The notes beneath the pieces were generated by a model. The model had not been told where the DNA came from. It searched no databases and worked only from the letters and a program-made list of their open reading frames with translations. 64,000 nucleotides of DNA from Patescibacteria group bacterium (lineage in GTDB: Bacteria; Patescibacteriota; Microgenomatia; UBA1406; GWC2-37-13): NCBI GenBank assembly GCA_038328135.1, contig JBBQLR010000002.1, positions 12,936 to 76,935 of the forward strand. Reading direction: 5' to 3'. Numbering within the stretch: position 1 is the stretch's first letter; the number at the start of each line of letters is the position of its first letter. The translations under genes and the position numbers were made by a program. Shown here one piece after another: positions 63,103 to 64,000 of the stretch.

Positions 63103-64000
63103 ATGAAATTGGTACTCATTGGTATACAAGGATCTGGAAAATCAACCCAAGGTAATATCCTTTCGAAGTTGTTTAAGATTCCTTACTTATCAACAGGCCA
63201 TGTCTTTCGTGAAATCGCAAAGGAAAAAACGACGCTTGGCCGCTATATCAAAGAGACCATGAATGCTGGTATTCTCATACCAGATGAAAAGACGATAGAA
63301 ATCGTAAACGGCTATTTATCTCGCCCAGAATATAAAAGAGGCTACATTCTAGATGGATTTCCTCGCACACTCAAGCAGGTAGAAAAGTTCAAAAATAACG
63401 TTGATAAAGTGATATATCTTCAAATTTCCGATAAAGAAGCATTATGGAGGCTTACCCATCGGAAAGATACAAGGGAAGATGAAACGCTTCCCGCAATTAA
63501 AAAAAGAATAGAGCTATTTCATCAATTTACCGATCCGGTCATAAAGCATTATGAAGAGGAAAAAAGGTTGATTGATATAGATGGGTCAGTATCTATCGAG
63601 GACGTAAACAAACAAATTCTCGAAGGGTTGGGAAAACAACTGGTTGAGAATGAGGTTATTGAATGGAAACCAAAAAAAACGGTGATCGCGCTTGTTGGAT
63701 TGCCCGGAGCGGGAAAGACGGACGCTGCAGAGTTTTTCAAGGAACACGAATTTCCTATCATCCATTTCGGGAAAATAATTAACGATTATATCGATGAAAA
63801 AGGACTTGAACACTCTGAAGAAGTGCATAAGAAAACACGAGAAGCATTAAGAGAAAAACACGGCAAAGAAGCCCTTGCAGTGCTTAATTTGGAAAAAATT
63901 GAAGCAGCTTTCAAGGAAAGCCAAGTTATTGTTATCGACGGAATGAGATCATGGGAAGAATATCTATACTTAAAGAAAAATCTTAATAAAACTCGTATTT
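63103..64000 (+). CDS. adk: adenylate kinase (short-lid type) fused in frame to a second P-loop nucleotide-kinase-like domain; 3' end outside the window
   Basis: MKLVLIGIQGSGKSTQG, GILIPDE, ILDGFPRT and the Adk core to about residue 185. It then continues without a stop into KKTVIALVGLPGAGKTD (second Walker A) up to the window edge. Not in the track because no stop is reached. Confidence 0.85.
   Translation, partial: MKLVLIGIQGSGKSTQGNILSKLFKIPYLSTGHVFREIAKEKTTLGRYIKETMNAGILIPDEKTIEIVNGYLSRPEYKRGYILDGFPRTLKQVEKFKNNVDKVIYLQISDKEALWRLTHRKDTREDETLPAIKKRIELFHQFTDPVIKHYEEEKRLIDIDGSVSIEDVNKQILEGLGKQLVENEVIEWKPKKTVIALVGLPGAGKTDAAEFFKEHEFPIIHFGKIINDYIDEKGLEHSEEVHKKTREALREKHGKEALAVLNLEKIEAAFKESQVIVIDGMRSWEEYLYLKKNLNKTRI

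Noticed and set aside
1-64000. Alternative genetic code (UGA read as an amino acid), as in some candidate phyla.
   Set aside because: TGA terminates several genes exactly at conserved protein C-termini, for example the ATGA junctions argG/GNAT at 32655-32658 and rplP/rpmC at 57173-57176. No conserved protein needs readthrough of an in-frame TGA.
1-64000. CRISPR arrays, transposases, integrases, prophage or toxin-antitoxin/defence islands, rRNA and tRNA genes.
   Set aside because: No direct-repeat/spacer periodicity and no recombinase-like ORF were found. Outside the analysed argG leader, no intergenic gap exceeds about 115 nt. Only very small intergenic RNAs could have been missed by eye.

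Overview
Gene-dense (about 90 percent coding), AT-rich bacterial chromosome segment made almost entirely of housekeeping genes. Several features together suggest a reduced-genome Candidate Phyla Radiation (Patescibacteria) type organism; this is an inference from gene content, not a database result. These features are: no L30 gene between rpsE and rplO; shortened IF-2, L2, HrcA, AspRS and MiaB; families I recognise from memory as DUF4012, DUF3048, DUF4446 and DUF5679; and many 4-nt ATGA gene overlaps. TGA is used as a normal stop, so the standard code 11 applies.

Content, left to right:
- A minus-strand unit: DUF4012, L25, nusA, infB, a degenerate DHH protein, recJ, aspS and a D,D-carboxypeptidase.
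- Small conserved-unknown genes, then secDF, and cca-nfo-nudix.
- The hrcA-grpE-dnaK-dnaJ heat-shock operon with a CIRCE-like operator, then efp.
- A minus-strand arginine unit: argG, GNAT, argH, GNAT, M20 deacylase, argS, radA.
- Two envelope glycan clusters: rfbB, rmlD-like, ugd, uxs and a Dpm1-GtrA fusion; then a WecA-like gene, GT39 and a processive GT2.
- glyA, a UvrD-type helicase fused to a nuclease, and tuf.
- An S10-spc-secY ribosomal superoperon running into an adk fusion gene at the window edge.

No rRNA, tRNA, CRISPR array, transposase or integrase was found.

Most interesting observations:
1. A leader upstream of argG with a promoter, a 26-codon Arg-codon-containing leaderless ORF and mutually exclusive antiterminator/terminator helices. 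This looks like a ribosome-mediated attenuator.
2. Two paralogous GNAT-like genes bracket argH next to an ArgE-like M20 hydrolase.
3. Sixteen starts, mostly of transcription-unit-leading genes, carry a TATAAT-like box only 6-9 nt upstream of the ATG and no Shine-Dalgarno sequence, suggesting widespread leaderless mRNAs.
4. rpsS (S19) has moved from its near-universal L2/L22 position to between rpsN and rpsH.
5. A promoter-like element plus hairpin-with-U-tract is inserted between rpsJ and rplC.
6. adk is fused in frame to a second P-loop kinase domain.
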